Source of the DNA: Polaromonas sp.
GTDB lineage: Bacteria > Pseudomonadota > Gammaproteobacteria > Burkholderiales > Burkholderiaceae_C
Direction: 5' to 3'
DNA length: 64,000 bases
Assembly (NCBI RefSeq): GCF_029945925.1
Contig: NZ_JAQSDN010000049.1
Location: 97,679-161,678, forward strand
In this document: positions 10,016-20,041 of the stretch, piece after piece
Layout: every line of letters starts with the position of its first letter
Position numbering within the stretch: the stretch's first letter is position 1
Notes under the pieces: model-generated
Told to the model about the DNA's origin: nothing
The model's database searches: none
The model's input: only the letters and a program-made list of their open reading frames with translations
Translations under genes and position numbers: made by a program

Positions 10016-10130
10016 CGCCATAAAGGTGCCGTGCTGCTCAGGGAACGGCACAAATTCAGGGTAAACTCTGAGACTGCCCGGAAAGCCAAAAACCGCAAGG
10101 TTCCTCATGCAATCCGGACAGCTAAAAACC

Positions 10131-10215
10131 GCGGACGTGGTGAAATTGGTAGACACGCTATCTTGAGGGGGTAGTGGCGAAAGCTGTGCGAGTTCGAGTC
10201 TCGCCGTCGGCACCA
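10131..10215 (+). tRNA. tRNA-Leu (anticodon GAG), class II with long variable arm, CCA encoded
   Basis: Manual cloverleaf. Acceptor GCGGACG/CGTCGGC, with a G3-G70 mismatch. D-stem GTG/CAC with an AATTGGTAGA loop. Anticodon stem CTATC/GGTAG with loop TTGAGGG. T-arm GCGAG-TTCGAGT-CTCGC. Discriminator A + CCA. Same position as leuU after secG in E. coli. Confidence 0.9.
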
Positions 10216-10313
10216 AGTGTTCAAACCGTGTCTTCGCACCACCCAATGATCAGCCTGCTTCTCGCTATTTTGCTTGATGTTCGCGGACAGTGTTGCAAAG
10301 CCACCTAAGGTAG

Positions 10314-10352
10314 GCGCGTGTGAGTTCGCAGCTCAGCGCGCTTTTTGCTTTT
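10314..10352 (+). terminator. Intrinsic terminator after tRNA-Leu, upstream of the nuo operon
   Basis: GCGCG..TGAG (10314-10324) pairs with CTCA.GCGCGC (10332-10341), followed by TTTTTGCTTTT. Confidence 0.6.
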
Positions 10353-10407
10353 CGAATGTGTTTCAATCGCATGTTGCCTGTTCTGTCCTGCCTGAGAGCT
10401 GCCAGTC

Positions 10408-10770
10408 ATGATGAATCTTGAGAATTACCTGCCCGTCATCCTCTTCATCTTGGTGGGTGTCGGAGTCGGGGTGGTCCCTCAGTTGCTTGGCTTCCTGCTG
10501 GGCCCGCGTCGTCCTGATGCAGCTAAAAATTCCCCTTATGAATGTGGCTTCGAGGCCTTTGAAGACGCGCGGATGAAGTTCGACGTGCGCTACTACCTCG
10601 TGGCCATTCTGTTCATTTTGTTTGATCTGGAAATCGCTTTTCTCTTCCCCTGGGCTGTGGCCCTGAAGGAAGTGGGCATGGCAGGCTTCACCGCCATCAT
10701 GCTGTTTTTGGGCATCCTCGTCGTGGGCTTTGCCTACGAGTGGAAAAAGGGCGCCCTGGACTGGGAATGA
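10408..10770 (+). CDS. nuoA: NADH-quinone oxidoreductase subunit A
   Basis: [42 protein letters not shown] is the NuoA/ND3 signature; first gene of the operon. Confidence 0.95.
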   Translation: MMNLENYLPVILFILVGVGVGVVPQLLGFLLGPRRPDAAKNSPYECGFEAFEDARMKFDVRYYLVAILFILFDLEIAFLFPWAVALKEVGMAGFTAIMLFLGILVVGFAYEWKKGALDWE

Positions 10771-10780
10771 GGTAATCAAC

Positions 10781-11257
10781 ATGGGTATCGAAGGCGTCTT
10801 CAAAGAGGGCTTCATCACCACATCGGCGGACACGCTGATCAACTGGTCCAAGACTGGCTCCTTGTGGCCGATGACGTTTGGCCTGGCCTGCTGCGCGGTT
10901 GAAATGATGCACGCAGGGGCAGCGCGCTACGACATCGACCGTTTCGGCATGCTGTTCCGTCCCAGCCCCCGTCAGTCCGACCTGATGATCGTGGCAGGCA
11001 CCTTGTGCAACAAGATGGCACCAGCCTTGCGCAAGGTCTATGACCAGATGGCTGAACCCCGCTGGGTGCTGTCCATGGGCTCGTGTGCCAACGGTGGTGG
11101 TTATTACCACTACAGCTACTCGGTGGTGCGCGGTTGCGACCGCATCGTGCCAGTGGACGTCTATGTGCCGGGCTGCCCGCCCACGGCCGAGGCCCTGCTG
11201 TACGGTGTTCTGCAATTGCAGGCCAAGATCCGCCGCGAAAACACCATTGCCCGCTGA
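10781..11257 (+). CDS. nuoB: NADH-quinone oxidoreductase subunit B
   Basis: [17 protein letters not shown] and [17 protein letters not shown] (N2 cluster ligands). Start taken at ATG 10781 (MGIEGV...), not the ORF-track 10730, which overlaps nuoA. Confidence 0.96.
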   Translation: MGIEGVFKEGFITTSADTLINWSKTGSLWPMTFGLACCAVEMMHAGAARYDIDRFGMLFRPSPRQSDLMIVAGTLCNKMAPALRKVYDQMAEPRWVLSMGSCANGGGYYHYSYSVVRGCDRIVPVDVYVPGCPPTAEALLYGVLQLQAKIRRENTIAR

Positions 11258-11275
11258 GAGCGCAGGACTGTTTCA

Positions 11276-11887
11276 ATGAGCACCAAACTCGACACCCTGC
11301 AAGCCGCGCTGCACTCTGTGCTGGGCGATGCCGTCAAGCGGCTGGACAACCTCAAGGGCGAACTGACCCTGACCGTGTCCAGCGCCCAATACATCCAGGT
11401 GGCCACCACCTTGCGCGACCACCCTGAACTGCGCTTCGAGCAGCTTCAGGACCTGTGTGGGATGGACTACTCCACGTACAAGGATGGCGCCGCTTCGATC
11501 TATGCCGAAGGTCCACGTTACTGCGTGGTCAGCCACCTCTTGTCCGTGGCAAAAAACTGGCGCCTCCGCCTGAAGGTCTTCGCCACCGATGACGACCTGC
11601 CCATGGTGGCCTCGGTCAACGACGTCTGGAGTTCTGCCAACTGGTTCGAGCGCGAAGCTTTTGACCTGTACGGCATCATCTTCGAAGGTCACATCGATCT
11701 GCGCCGCATCCTCACCGATTACGGCTTCATCGGCCACCCCTTCCGCAAAGACTTCCCGACCTCGGGCCACGTTGAAATGCGTTACGACCCCGAACAGCGT
11801 CGCGTGATCTACCAGCCGGTGACGATTGAGCCGCGCGAGATCACCCCGCGCATCATCCGTGAAGACAACTACGGAGGCCTGAAGTAA
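11276..11887 (+). CDS. nuoC: NADH-quinone oxidoreductase subunit C
   Basis: 30-kDa subunit motif [31 protein letters not shown]; separate from nuoD (not fused). Confidence 0.95.
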   Translation: MSTKLDTLQAALHSVLGDAVKRLDNLKGELTLTVSSAQYIQVATTLRDHPELRFEQLQDLCGMDYSTYKDGAASIYAEGPRYCVVSHLLSVAKNWRLRLKVFATDDDLPMVASVNDVWSSANWFEREAFDLYGIIFEGHIDLRRILTDYGFIGHPFRKDFPTSGHVEMRYDPEQRRVIYQPVTIEPREITPRIIREDNYGGLK

Positions 11888-11889
11888 TC

Positions 11890-13143
11890 ATGGCCGAGAT
11901 CAAGAACTACACCCTGAACTTCGGGCCCCAGCACCCGGCTGCCCACGGCGTACTGCGCCTGGTGCTCGAGCTCGACGGCGAAGTCATCCAGCGCGCTGAC
12001 CCGCACATCGGTCTGCTGCACCGCGCCACTGAAAAACTGGCCGAGTCCAAGACCTTCATCCAGTCGCTGCCCTACATGGACCGCCTGGACTACGTCTCGA
12101 TGATGGCCAACGAGCACGCCTACTGCCTGGCCATCGAGAAGATGATGGGCATCGACGTGCCCGAGCGTGCCCAGTACATCCGCGTGATGTTCGCCGAGAT
12201 CACCCGGGTGCTGAACCACTTGCTGTGGTTGGGCTGTCACGGTTTCGACTGCGGTGCGATGAACATCCTCATCTACTGCTTCCGCGAACGCGAAGACCTG
12301 TTCGACCTGTATGAAGCCGTATCAGGCGCGCGCATGCACGCCGCCTACTTCCGTCCGGGTGGCGTTTACCGCGACCTGCCGGACACCATGCCGCAGTACA
12401 AGGTCAGCAAGATCAAGAACGCCAAGACCATTGCGCGCCTGAACGAAAACCGCCAGGGGTCCATGCTGGACTTCATCGACGATTTCACGCAGCGTTTCCC
12501 TGGCTTGATCGACGAATACGAAACCCTGCTGACCGACAACCGCATCTGGAAACAGCGCACCGTGGGCATCGGCGTGGTCTCGCCCGAGCGGGCTCTGAAC
12601 CTTGGCTTCTCAGGCGCCATGCTGCGTGGTTCAGGCATCGTCTGGGACCTGCGCAAACACCAGCCCTACGATGTCTACGACCGCATGGACTTCGACATTC
12701 CCGTGGGCAAGAACGGAGACTGCTACGACCGCTACCTGGTCCGCGTGGAAGAGCTGCGCCAGTCCAACCGCATCATCAAACAGTGCGTGGATTGGCTGCG
12801 TGCCAACCCCGGCCCGGTCATCACTGACAACCACAAGGTGGCCCCCCCTTCCCGCCTCGAGATGAAGACCTCGATGGAAGAGTTGATCCACCACTTCAAG
12901 CTCTTCACCGAAGGCTTCCACGTGCCGGAAGGCGAAGCCTATGCGGCCGTGGAGCATCCCAAGGGCGAGTTCGGCATCTACCTGTCCAGCGATGGTGCCA
13001 ACAAGCCTTACCGCTTGAAGATCCGCGCGCCGGGCTTCCCGCACCTGGCCGCACTCGACGAAATGAGCCGTGGCCACATGCTGGCCGACGCCGTGGCCAT
13101 CATCGGCACGATGGACATCGTGTTCGGTGAGATCGACCGCTAA
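11890..13143 (+). CDS. nuoD: NADH-quinone oxidoreductase subunit D
   Basis: 49-kDa subunit: [22 protein letters not shown] ... [14 protein letters not shown]. Confidence 0.97.
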   Translation: MAEIKNYTLNFGPQHPAAHGVLRLVLELDGEVIQRADPHIGLLHRATEKLAESKTFIQSLPYMDRLDYVSMMANEHAYCLAIEKMMGIDVPERAQYIRVMFAEITRVLNHLLWLGCHGFDCGAMNILIYCFREREDLFDLYEAVSGARMHAAYFRPGGVYRDLPDTMPQYKVSKIKNAKTIARLNENRQGSMLDFIDDFTQRFPGLIDEYETLLTDNRIWKQRTVGIGVVSPERALNLGFSGAMLRGSGIVWDLRKHQPYDVYDRMDFDIPVGKNGDCYDRYLVRVEELRQSNRIIKQCVDWLRANPGPVITDNHKVAPPSRLEMKTSMEELIHHFKLFTEGFHVPEGEAYAAVEHPKGEFGIYLSSDGANKPYRLKIRAPGFPHLAALDEMSRGHMLADAVAIIGTMDIVFGEIDR

Positions 13144-13151
13144 GAAGCGAG

Positions 13152-13652
13152 ATGACTGACAAACCCATGCTCAGCGAACAAACCAAAGCGCGTTTCGACC
13201 GCGAAGTGGCCAAGTACCCGGCCGATCAGAAACAATCCGCGGTGATGGCCTGCCTGTCCATCTTCCAGCACGAGAACGGCTGGATCTCGCCCGAAGGCGA
13301 GAAGCTGATCGCCGAGTACCTGGGCATGGCGCCCATCGCGGTGCGCGAGGTCGCCACCTTCTACAACATGTACAACCAGCAGCCGGTGGGCCAGTTCAAG
13401 CTGAACGTGTGCACCAACCTGCCATGCCAGTTGCGTGATGGCCAAAAGGCCCTGGAGCACCTGTGCCACAAGCTGGGCATCGAAGCAGGCGAGACCACGG
13501 CCGATGGCCTGTTCACCGTGCAGCAAAGCGAATGCATGGGCGCTTGCGCCGATTCGCCAGTGCTGATGGTCAATGACCGCCAGATGGTCAGCTTCATGAG
13601 TAACGACCGCCTCGATGCGTTGGTCGACACGCTCAAGGCCAACGCCAAATAA
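13152..13652 (+). CDS. nuoE: NADH-quinone oxidoreductase subunit E
   Basis: 24-kDa [2Fe-2S] subunit: CTNLPCQL ... CMGACADSPVLMVN. Confidence 0.96.
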   Translation: MTDKPMLSEQTKARFDREVAKYPADQKQSAVMACLSIFQHENGWISPEGEKLIAEYLGMAPIAVREVATFYNMYNQQPVGQFKLNVCTNLPCQLRDGQKALEHLCHKLGIEAGETTADGLFTVQQSECMGACADSPVLMVNDRQMVSFMSNDRLDALVDTLKANAK

Positions 13653-13667
13653 TCGAGGACCACACAG

Positions 13668-15011
13668 ATGTTGGACCTTTCCCAATTCCAATCGACCGGC
13701 CAGGAAACTGTTTTCCACGGTCGGCACCTCAATGCCCAGATCTACGCTGATCTGGACGGCAAGAACTGGGGCCTGCAGGATTACCAGGCGCGCGGCGGTT
13801 ACACGGCCTTGCGCAAGATCCTGGGTCTGGACGGCGGCGAGGGCATGACGCCTGAGCAAGTGATTGCTGACGTGAAGCTCTCGGCCCTGCGTGGCCGTGG
13901 TGGCGCCGGTTTTCCCACGGGTTTGAAGTGGAGCTTCATGCCCCGCGCTTTCCCCGGCCAGAAGTACCTGGTGTGCAACTCCGACGAGGGCGAGCCGGGC
14001 ACGTGCAAGGACCGCGAGATCCTGATGTACAACCCGCACATCGTGATCGAAGGCATGGCGATTGCGGCCTACGCCATGGGCATCAGCGTGGGCTACAACT
14101 ACATCCACGGCGAGATCTTCGAGGTGTATGAACGCTTCGAAGCTGCCCTGGAAGAAGCGCGCGCCGCCGGCATGCTTGGCAACAACATCATGGGCAGCAA
14201 GTACAGCTTCCAGCTGCACGCTTTCCATGGCTTTGGCGCCTACATCTGCGGCGAAGAAACCGCGCTGCTCGAATCGCTCGAAGGCAAGAAGGGCCAGCCC
14301 CGCTTCAAGCCACCGTTCCCGGCCAGCTTTGGCTTGTACGGCAAGCCCACCACGATCAACAACACCGAGACCTTCGCGGCGGTGCCCTGGATCATTCGCA
14401 ACGGCGGCCAGGCTTTCCTCGAAGTGGGCAAGCCCAACAACGGCGGCACCAAGCTGTACTCGGTCAGCGGCGACGTCGAGCGTCCTGGCAACTACGAGAT
14501 CCCCATGGGCACGCCTTTCCCCAAGCTGCTTGAGCTGGCGGGTGGCGTGCGTGGCGGCAAGAAGCTCAAGGCCGTGATCCCCGGTGGATCGTCGTCGCCC
14601 GTGCTGCCCGCGCACATCATGATGGAATGCACGATGGACTATGACTCCATCGCCAAGGCCGGCTCCATGCTGGGCTCGGGCGCGCTGATCGTGATGGACG
14701 AAACCCGCTGCATGGTCAAGAGCCTGCAACGCCTGTCCTACTTCTACATGCACGAATCCTGTGGCCAGTGCACGCCTTGCCGCGAAGGCACGGGCTGGCT
14801 GTGGCGCATGGTTGACCGCATCGAGAAGGGCCATGGCCGCGTCGAAGACATCGACCTGCTGAACTCCGTGGCCGACAACATCCAGGGCCGCACCATCTGC
14901 GCGCTGGGCGATGCCGCCGCCATGCCGGTGCGCGCCTTCATCAAGCACTACCGCGATGAATTCATTCATCACATCGAACACAAGACCTGCGTGGTCCCTG
15001 CCTATGTATAA
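13668..15011 (+). CDS. nuoF: NADH-quinone oxidoreductase subunit F
   Basis: 51-kDa FMN/NADH subunit: [27 protein letters not shown]. Confidence 0.97.
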   Translation: MLDLSQFQSTGQETVFHGRHLNAQIYADLDGKNWGLQDYQARGGYTALRKILGLDGGEGMTPEQVIADVKLSALRGRGGAGFPTGLKWSFMPRAFPGQKYLVCNSDEGEPGTCKDREILMYNPHIVIEGMAIAAYAMGISVGYNYIHGEIFEVYERFEAALEEARAAGMLGNNIMGSKYSFQLHAFHGFGAYICGEETALLESLEGKKGQPRFKPPFPASFGLYGKPTTINNTETFAAVPWIIRNGGQAFLEVGKPNNGGTKLYSVSGDVERPGNYEIPMGTPFPKLLELAGGVRGGKKLKAVIPGGSSSPVLPAHIMMECTMDYDSIAKAGSMLGSGALIVMDETRCMVKSLQRLSYFYMHESCGQCTPCREGTGWLWRMVDRIEKGHGRVEDIDLLNSVADNIQGRTICALGDAAAMPVRAFIKHYRDEFIHHIEHKTCVVPAYV

Positions 15012-15037
15012 CTGCCCCCACGCTCGGAATACCTCGC

Positions 15038-15085
15038 TGCCCCCCGAGGGGGCTGGCCTTCCTTGGGGCGGCCCGGCGGAAGGCC
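15038..15085. repeat. GC-rich palindromic (REP-like) element in the nuoF-nuoG spacer
   Basis: TGCCCCCCGAGGGGG (15038-15052; CCCCC/GGGGG hairpin), then GGCCTTCC (15055-15062) pairing with GGAAGGCC (15078-15085) around TTGGGGCGGCCCGGC. A second copy of its 15-mer and 19-mer blocks is at 56198-56240 inside metG. Confidence 0.7.
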
Positions 15086-15115
15086 GGTCGCACGCGGGTA
15101 AAGGTGAGTACAAAC

Positions 15116-17446
15116 ATGGTTGAAATCGAACTCGACGGACAGAAAGTCCAGGTGCTTGAAGGCAGCATGGTCATGCATGCGGCCGAGCAAAACGGCACTT
15201 ACATCCCGCACTTCTGCTATCACAAGAAGTTGTCGATCGCGGCCAACTGCCGCATGTGTCTGGTGGACATCGAAAAGGCGCCCAAGCCGATGCCGGCCTG
15301 CGCTACGCCAGTGACGCAAGGCATGATCGTGCGCACCAAGAGCGACAAAGCCATCAAGGCCCAACAGGGCGTGATGGAGTTTTTGCTGATCAACCACCCG
15401 CTGGATTGCCCGATCTGTGACCAGGGCGGCGAGTGCCAGTTGCAGGATCTGGCCGTGGGCTATGGCGCTTCTTCTTCGCGCTACGAAGAAGAAAAGCGTG
15501 TGGTCTTCAAGAAGGAGGCGGGCCCGCTCATCTCGATGCAAGAGATGAGCCGCTGCATCCAGTGCACCCGCTGCGTGCGCTTCGGCCAGGAAATCGCCGG
15601 TGTGATGGAGCTTGGCATGATCCACCGCGGTGAGCACGCCGAGATCACCACTTTCGTGGGCAACACGGTCGACTCCGAACTGTCGGGCAACATGATCGAC
15701 ATCTGCCCCGTTGGCGCGTTGACCAGCAAGCCCTTCCGCTACCAGGCTCGCACCTGGGAGTTGTCACGCCGCAAGAGCGTGTCGCCGCATGACTCCACCG
15801 GCGCCAACCTGATCGTTCAAGTGAAGAGCGGCAAGGTCCTGCGCGTGGTGCCTCTGGAAAACGAAGCCGTCAATGAATGCTGGATCGCCGACCGCGACCG
15901 CTTCAGCTACGAAGCTTTGAACAGCGACCAGCGCCTGACCAAGCCCATGCTCAAGCAGGGCGGCCAGTGGCGCGAAGTTGACTGGACCACCGCGCTGGAA
16001 TACGTTGCCAACGGCCTGAAGGGCGTGAAGAACGACCATGGCGCCGAAGCCATTGGTGCACTGGGCACGGCCCATAGCACGGTGGAAGAGTTGTACCTGC
16101 TGGGTCAACTGGTGCGTGGTCTGGGCAGCGACAATGTCGACACCCGCCTGCGTCAATCTGATTTCACCATCACGCCAGGCGCGACATGGCTGGGCCTGCC
16201 CATCGCCGAGCTGTCCACACTGGACCGGGCTTTGGTGATCGGCTCCTTCCTGCGCAAGGATCATCCGCTGTTCTCGTCGCGCCTGCGCCATGCCGCCAAG
16301 CGCGGTGCGCAGGTCAATGTGATCGGCGCCACCACCGACGACTGGCTGCTGCCCATCTCGCAACGCATCGTCGTGGCGCCAAGCGCCTGGGCCCAGACCC
16401 TGGCCGATGTGGCCGTGGCCGTGGCCGAAAGTCAGGGCGTGTCGGCCCCTGCGCAAGGCAATGCCACCCCAGCGGCCCAGGCCGTGGCGGCATCGCTGCT
16501 GTCTGGCGAAAAGAAAGCCATCCTGCTGGGCAATGCCGCCGTGCATCACCCGCAAGCTGGGGTCCTGCACGCCCTGGCGAACTGGATTGGCGAGCAAACC
16601 GGCGCCACCGTCGGCTTCTTGGGTGAAGCAGCCAACACCGTCGGCGCGCAACTGGTGGGTGCTCAGCCCCAGCAGCGCGGTTTGAACGCTGGTCAGATGC
16701 TGTCCGGCCAGCAGATCAAGGCCGTGCTGCTGCTGAACGCCGAACCCGAGTTCGATGCTGCCAATCCCTCGGCGGCCCGCGCTGCGGTCAACAACGCGCA
16801 AATGGTCGTGTCGCTCTCGGCCTTCAAGTCCGGCGCCAACGACTACGCCGATGTGCTGCTGCCCATCGCGCCGTTCTCCGAAACTTCCGGCACGTTCGTG
16901 AACGCCGAAGGCCGCGTGCAAAGTTTCCATGGCGTGGTCAAGCCCCTGGGCGACACCCGTCCGGCCTGGAAGGTGCTGCGCGTGCTGGGCAACATGCTCG
17001 GTATTCCGGGCTTCGAGTTCGAGACCTCCGAAGAAGTCCGCGCTGCCGCGCTGGGCGACTTGGCCGCGATCCCTTCGCGCTTGTCGAACCAAAGCACGGC
17101 CACGATCCAGTTGCAAGGCTCAACAGGTGGGCTGGAGCGCATCGCCGATGTGCCCATTTACAGCGCCGATGCCCTGGTGCGCCGCTCTGAGTCCCTGCAA
17201 AAAACGGCTGACGCCAAGCCACCCGTGGTCAGCCTGTCCAAGGCCTTGTGGGCCGAGTTGGGACTGGCCGATGGTGCGCAGGTGAGGGTGTCGCAAGACA
17301 AGGGCTCCGCCACCTTGAGCGCCGAGCTGGATGCCAGCTTGCCTGCCAATGTGGTGCGCGTGCCCGCAGGCCATGCCCTGACGTCTTCGTTGGGTGCCCA
17401 GTTCGGTGCCATTCGGGTTGAAAAACTCGGCGTCGACAAGGTCTGA
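15116..17446 (+). CDS. nuoG: NADH-quinone oxidoreductase subunit G
   Basis: 75-kDa subunit: [48 protein letters not shown] 15116 is preferred because AAGGTGAG lies 7 nt upstream. The ORF-track start GTG 15104 is the alternative. Confidence 0.95.
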   Translation: MVEIELDGQKVQVLEGSMVMHAAEQNGTYIPHFCYHKKLSIAANCRMCLVDIEKAPKPMPACATPVTQGMIVRTKSDKAIKAQQGVMEFLLINHPLDCPICDQGGECQLQDLAVGYGASSSRYEEEKRVVFKKEAGPLISMQEMSRCIQCTRCVRFGQEIAGVMELGMIHRGEHAEITTFVGNTVDSELSGNMIDICPVGALTSKPFRYQARTWELSRRKSVSPHDSTGANLIVQVKSGKVLRVVPLENEAVNECWIADRDRFSYEALNSDQRLTKPMLKQGGQWREVDWTTALEYVANGLKGVKNDHGAEAIGALGTAHSTVEELYLLGQLVRGLGSDNVDTRLRQSDFTITPGATWLGLPIAELSTLDRALVIGSFLRKDHPLFSSRLRHAAKRGAQVNVIGATTDDWLLPISQRIVVAPSAWAQTLADVAVAVAESQGVSAPAQGNATPAAQAVAASLLSGEKKAILLGNAAVHHPQAGVLHALANWIGEQTGATVGFLGEAANTVGAQLVGAQPQQRGLNAGQMLSGQQIKAVLLLNAEPEFDAANPSAARAAVNNAQMVVSLSAFKSGANDYADVLLPIAPFSETSGTFVNAEGRVQSFHGVVKPLGDTRPAWKVLRVLGNMLGIPGFEFETSEEVRAAALGDLAAIPSRLSNQSTATIQLQGSTGGLERIADVPIYSADALVRRSESLQKTADAKPPVVSLSKALWAELGLADGAQVRVSQDKGSATLSAELDASLPANVVRVPAGHALTSSLGAQFGAIRVEKLGVDKV

Positions 17447-17462
17447 GGCCAAGGAACATCAC

Positions 17463-18521
17463 ATGATCGATACCATTTACACAGCTGGCGAAGGTGCCCT
17501 GGGAGGCGCCTGGCCCGTGGTCTGGACGCTGATCAAGATCGTCTGCGTTTTGCTGCCTTTGCTGGGATGCGTGGCCTACCTGACCTTGTGGGAGCGCAAG
17601 TTCATTGGCTGGACGCAAGTGCGTCCCGGTCCCAACCGCACAGGTCCTTATGGCCTGCTGCAGCCCATCGCAGACGCCGTGAAGCTGATCTTCAAGGAGA
17701 TCATTGTTCCGTCGGCCGCCAACAAGGGCCTGTTCTTCCTCGGCCCTGTCATGACCATCATGCCGGCGCTGGCCGCGTGGGCGGTCGTGCCGTTTGGTCC
17801 TGAAGTGGTGCTGGCCAATGTCAACGCCGGTCTGCTGTTCCTGATGGCGATCACCTCGCTGGAAGTCTATGGCGTGATCATCGCGGGCTGGGCGTCCAAC
17901 TCCAAATACGCCTTCCTGGGCGCCATGCGCGCTTCGGCCCAAATGGTGTCGTACGAAATCGCCATGGGCTTCTGCTTGGTGATCGTGCTGATGGTGTCGG
18001 GCTCTCTGAACATGAGCGACATCGTGCTGTCGCAAGACAAGGGCATGTTCGCCAGCGAGGGCTGGAGCTTCATGTCGTGGAATTGGCTGCCTTTGCTGCC
18101 CATCACTGTCGTCTACTTCATCTCCGGCCTGGCTGAAACCAACCGCCACCCCTTTGACGTGGTGGAAGGCGAGTCGGAAATCGTGGCCGGCCACATGGTC
18201 GAGTACTCGGGCATGGCCTTCGCCATGTTCTTCCTGGCCGAGTACGCCAACATGATCCTGGTGTCGGCCTTGGCTGCCGTCATGTTCTTCGGTGGCTGGC
18301 TGGCGCCAGTGCACGCCCTGAATTTCATCCCCGGGTGGATCTGGCTGTTTGGCAAGACCTTCCTCATCGTGACCATGTTCCTGTGGGTGCGGGCATCGTT
18401 TCCCCGCTTCCGTTTCGACCAGATCATGCGTCTGGGCTGGAAGATCTTCATCCCGATCACCCTCGTGTGGTTGGTGATCGTGGGGGGCTGGATCATGTCT
18501 CCCTGGAACATCTGGAAGTAA
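17463..18521 (+). CDS. nuoH: NADH-quinone oxidoreductase subunit H
   Basis: ND1-like: [53 protein letters not shown]. Start at ATG 17463 (MIDTIY...); the ORF-track start at 17394 overlaps nuoG. Confidence 0.95.
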   Translation: MIDTIYTAGEGALGGAWPVVWTLIKIVCVLLPLLGCVAYLTLWERKFIGWTQVRPGPNRTGPYGLLQPIADAVKLIFKEIIVPSAANKGLFFLGPVMTIMPALAAWAVVPFGPEVVLANVNAGLLFLMAITSLEVYGVIIAGWASNSKYAFLGAMRASAQMVSYEIAMGFCLVIVLMVSGSLNMSDIVLSQDKGMFASEGWSFMSWNWLPLLPITVVYFISGLAETNRHPFDVVEGESEIVAGHMVEYSGMAFAMFFLAEYANMILVSALAAVMFFGGWLAPVHALNFIPGWIWLFGKTFLIVTMFLWVRASFPRFRFDQIMRLGWKIFIPITLVWLVIVGGWIMSPWNIWK

Positions 18522-18533
18522 GGGGCCGCCACC

Positions 18534-19037
18534 ATGAGCACCACTGCAAGCTTCTCTCTCAAGAGCTTCGTCTCGAGCTTCTTCCTCGCGGAGATGTTCA
18601 AGGGCCTGGCCCTGACGGGCCGCCACTTCCTCAAACCACACATCACGGTGCAGTTTCCGGAAGAAAAGACGCCCATGTCGCCGCGCTTCCGTGGCCTGCA
18701 CGCCCTGCGCCGTTACGACAACGGCGAAGAGCGCTGCATCGCCTGCAAGCTGTGCGAAGCCGTTTGCCCGGCCATGGCCATCACCATCGAGTCCGAAGTG
18801 CGTGACGACGGCTCGCGCCGCACCACGCGCTACGACATCGATCTGACCAAGTGCATCTTCTGCGGCTTCTGCGAAGAAAGCTGCCCGGTCGATTCGATCG
18901 TCGAGACGCACATTTTTGAATACCACGGCGAAAAGCGTGGCGATCTGTACTTCACCAAGGACATGCTCCTGGCCGTGGGCGACCGCTACGAAAAAGAAAT
19001 CGCAGCCAGCAAGGAGGCGGACGCGAAGTACCGCTGA
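18534..19037 (+). CDS. nuoI: NADH-quinone oxidoreductase subunit I
   Basis: Two 4Fe-4S boxes: [12 protein letters not shown] and [12 protein letters not shown]. Confidence 0.96.
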   Translation: MSTTASFSLKSFVSSFFLAEMFKGLALTGRHFLKPHITVQFPEEKTPMSPRFRGLHALRRYDNGEERCIACKLCEAVCPAMAITIESEVRDDGSRRTTRYDIDLTKCIFCGFCEESCPVDSIVETHIFEYHGEKRGDLYFTKDMLLAVGDRYEKEIAASKEADAKYR

Positions 19038-19049
19038 TCCGACAAACAC

Positions 19050-19706
19050 ATGGACACCTTAACTGCGCTCTTCTACGTTTTTTCCTTCGTGCTGCTGTAT
19101 GCGGCCTTTCGCGTGATCACCGCGAAAAGCCCGGTCAGCGCGGCCCTGCACTTGGTGCTGGCCTTCTTCAGCGCGTCCTGCATCTGGATGCTCTTGCAAG
19201 CCGAATTCCTGGCCATTGCGCTGGTGCTCGTCTACGTGGGGGCGGTCATGGTGCTGTTCCTCTTCGTGGTGATGATGCTGGACATCAACATCGACTCGAT
19301 CCGCCAAGGCTTTTGGAAGCACTTCCCACTGGCCGGTTTGATCGGTGTGGTCATCGCGCTGGAAATGGCCTTCGTGCTGACCCGGGGGTTCGATTTGGGC
19401 CTGCCCAAGGCTTTCCCGCCTGAAGTGGCCAAGTACCCGAACACCAAGGCGCTGGGCATTGAGCTCTACACGCACTACCTGTTCCCGGTGCAGATCGCGG
19501 CGGTCATCCTGCTGGTGGCCATCATCGCGGCCATCGCCTTGACACTGCGTCGCCGCAAGGACTCGCATTATCAAAACCCGGCTGAGCAAGTCAAAGCCAC
19601 CAAGGCCGACCGCTTGCGCATCGTCAAGGTCGATGCCGTGGTTGAAAAGCCTGCTGCCCCTGTGGACTCCTCCACCCCCGCCAATCCCTCTGGAGGTCAG
19701 GCATGA
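19050..19706 (+). CDS. nuoJ: NADH-quinone oxidoreductase subunit J
   Basis: ND6-like membrane protein in conserved operon position; its stop overlaps the nuoK ATG (ATGA at 19703-19706). Confidence 0.92.
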   Translation: MDTLTALFYVFSFVLLYAAFRVITAKSPVSAALHLVLAFFSASCIWMLLQAEFLAIALVLVYVGAVMVLFLFVVMMLDINIDSIRQGFWKHFPLAGLIGVVIALEMAFVLTRGFDLGLPKAFPPEVAKYPNTKALGIELYTHYLFPVQIAAVILLVAIIAAIALTLRRRKDSHYQNPAEQVKATKADRLRIVKVDAVVEKPAAPVDSSTPANPSGGQA

Positions 19707-20014
19707 CCGCTGTGACCCTTGGACACTACCTGTCACTGGGCGCGATCTTGTTCGCCATGTCCGTGATCGGCATCTTTTTGAACCGCAAGAACCTGATCGT
19801 GCTGCTGATGGCCATCGAGCTGATGCTCCTGGCCGTCAACATGAACTTCGTCGCGTTCTCCCACTACCTGGGCGACATGGACGGGCAGGTCTTCGTGTTC
19901 TTCATCCTGACGGTGGCAGCCGCCGAATCGGCGATTGGCCTGGCCATCCTCGTGGTGCTGTTCCGCAATCGGCAATCGATCAACGTGGACGAGCTCGACA
20001 CCCTCAAGGGTTGA
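19703..20014 (+). CDS. nuoK: NADH-quinone oxidoreductase subunit K
   Basis: ND4L-like: [19 protein letters not shown] ... [16 protein letters not shown]. Confidence 0.94.
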   Translation: MTAVTLGHYLSLGAILFAMSVIGIFLNRKNLIVLLMAIELMLLAVNMNFVAFSHYLGDMDGQVFVFFILTVAAAESAIGLAILVVLFRNRQSINVDELDTLKG

Positions 20015-20041
20015 TCGGCGGGCGTCAGGAGAACCATAACA

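Noticed and set aside
10026-10051. Hairpin GTGCCGT-12-ACGGCAC after secG as a terminator.
   Set aside because: No T-tract follows, and the tRNA-Leu gene lies 80 nt downstream, probably co-transcribed. The convincing terminator is after the tRNA (10314-10352).
13140-15113. 657-aa minus-strand ORF antisense to nuoE/nuoF. Similar long antisense ORFs: 5597-6841, 15764-17116, 17229-19049, 21500-23593, 23356-24507, 55177-56610 and 56872-58389.
   Set aside because: These are shadow ORFs typical of GC-rich DNA. Each lies opposite a gene with unmistakable family motifs. Their products are Arg/Gly/His/Ala-rich low-complexity strings with no recognisable domains or ribosome-binding sites.
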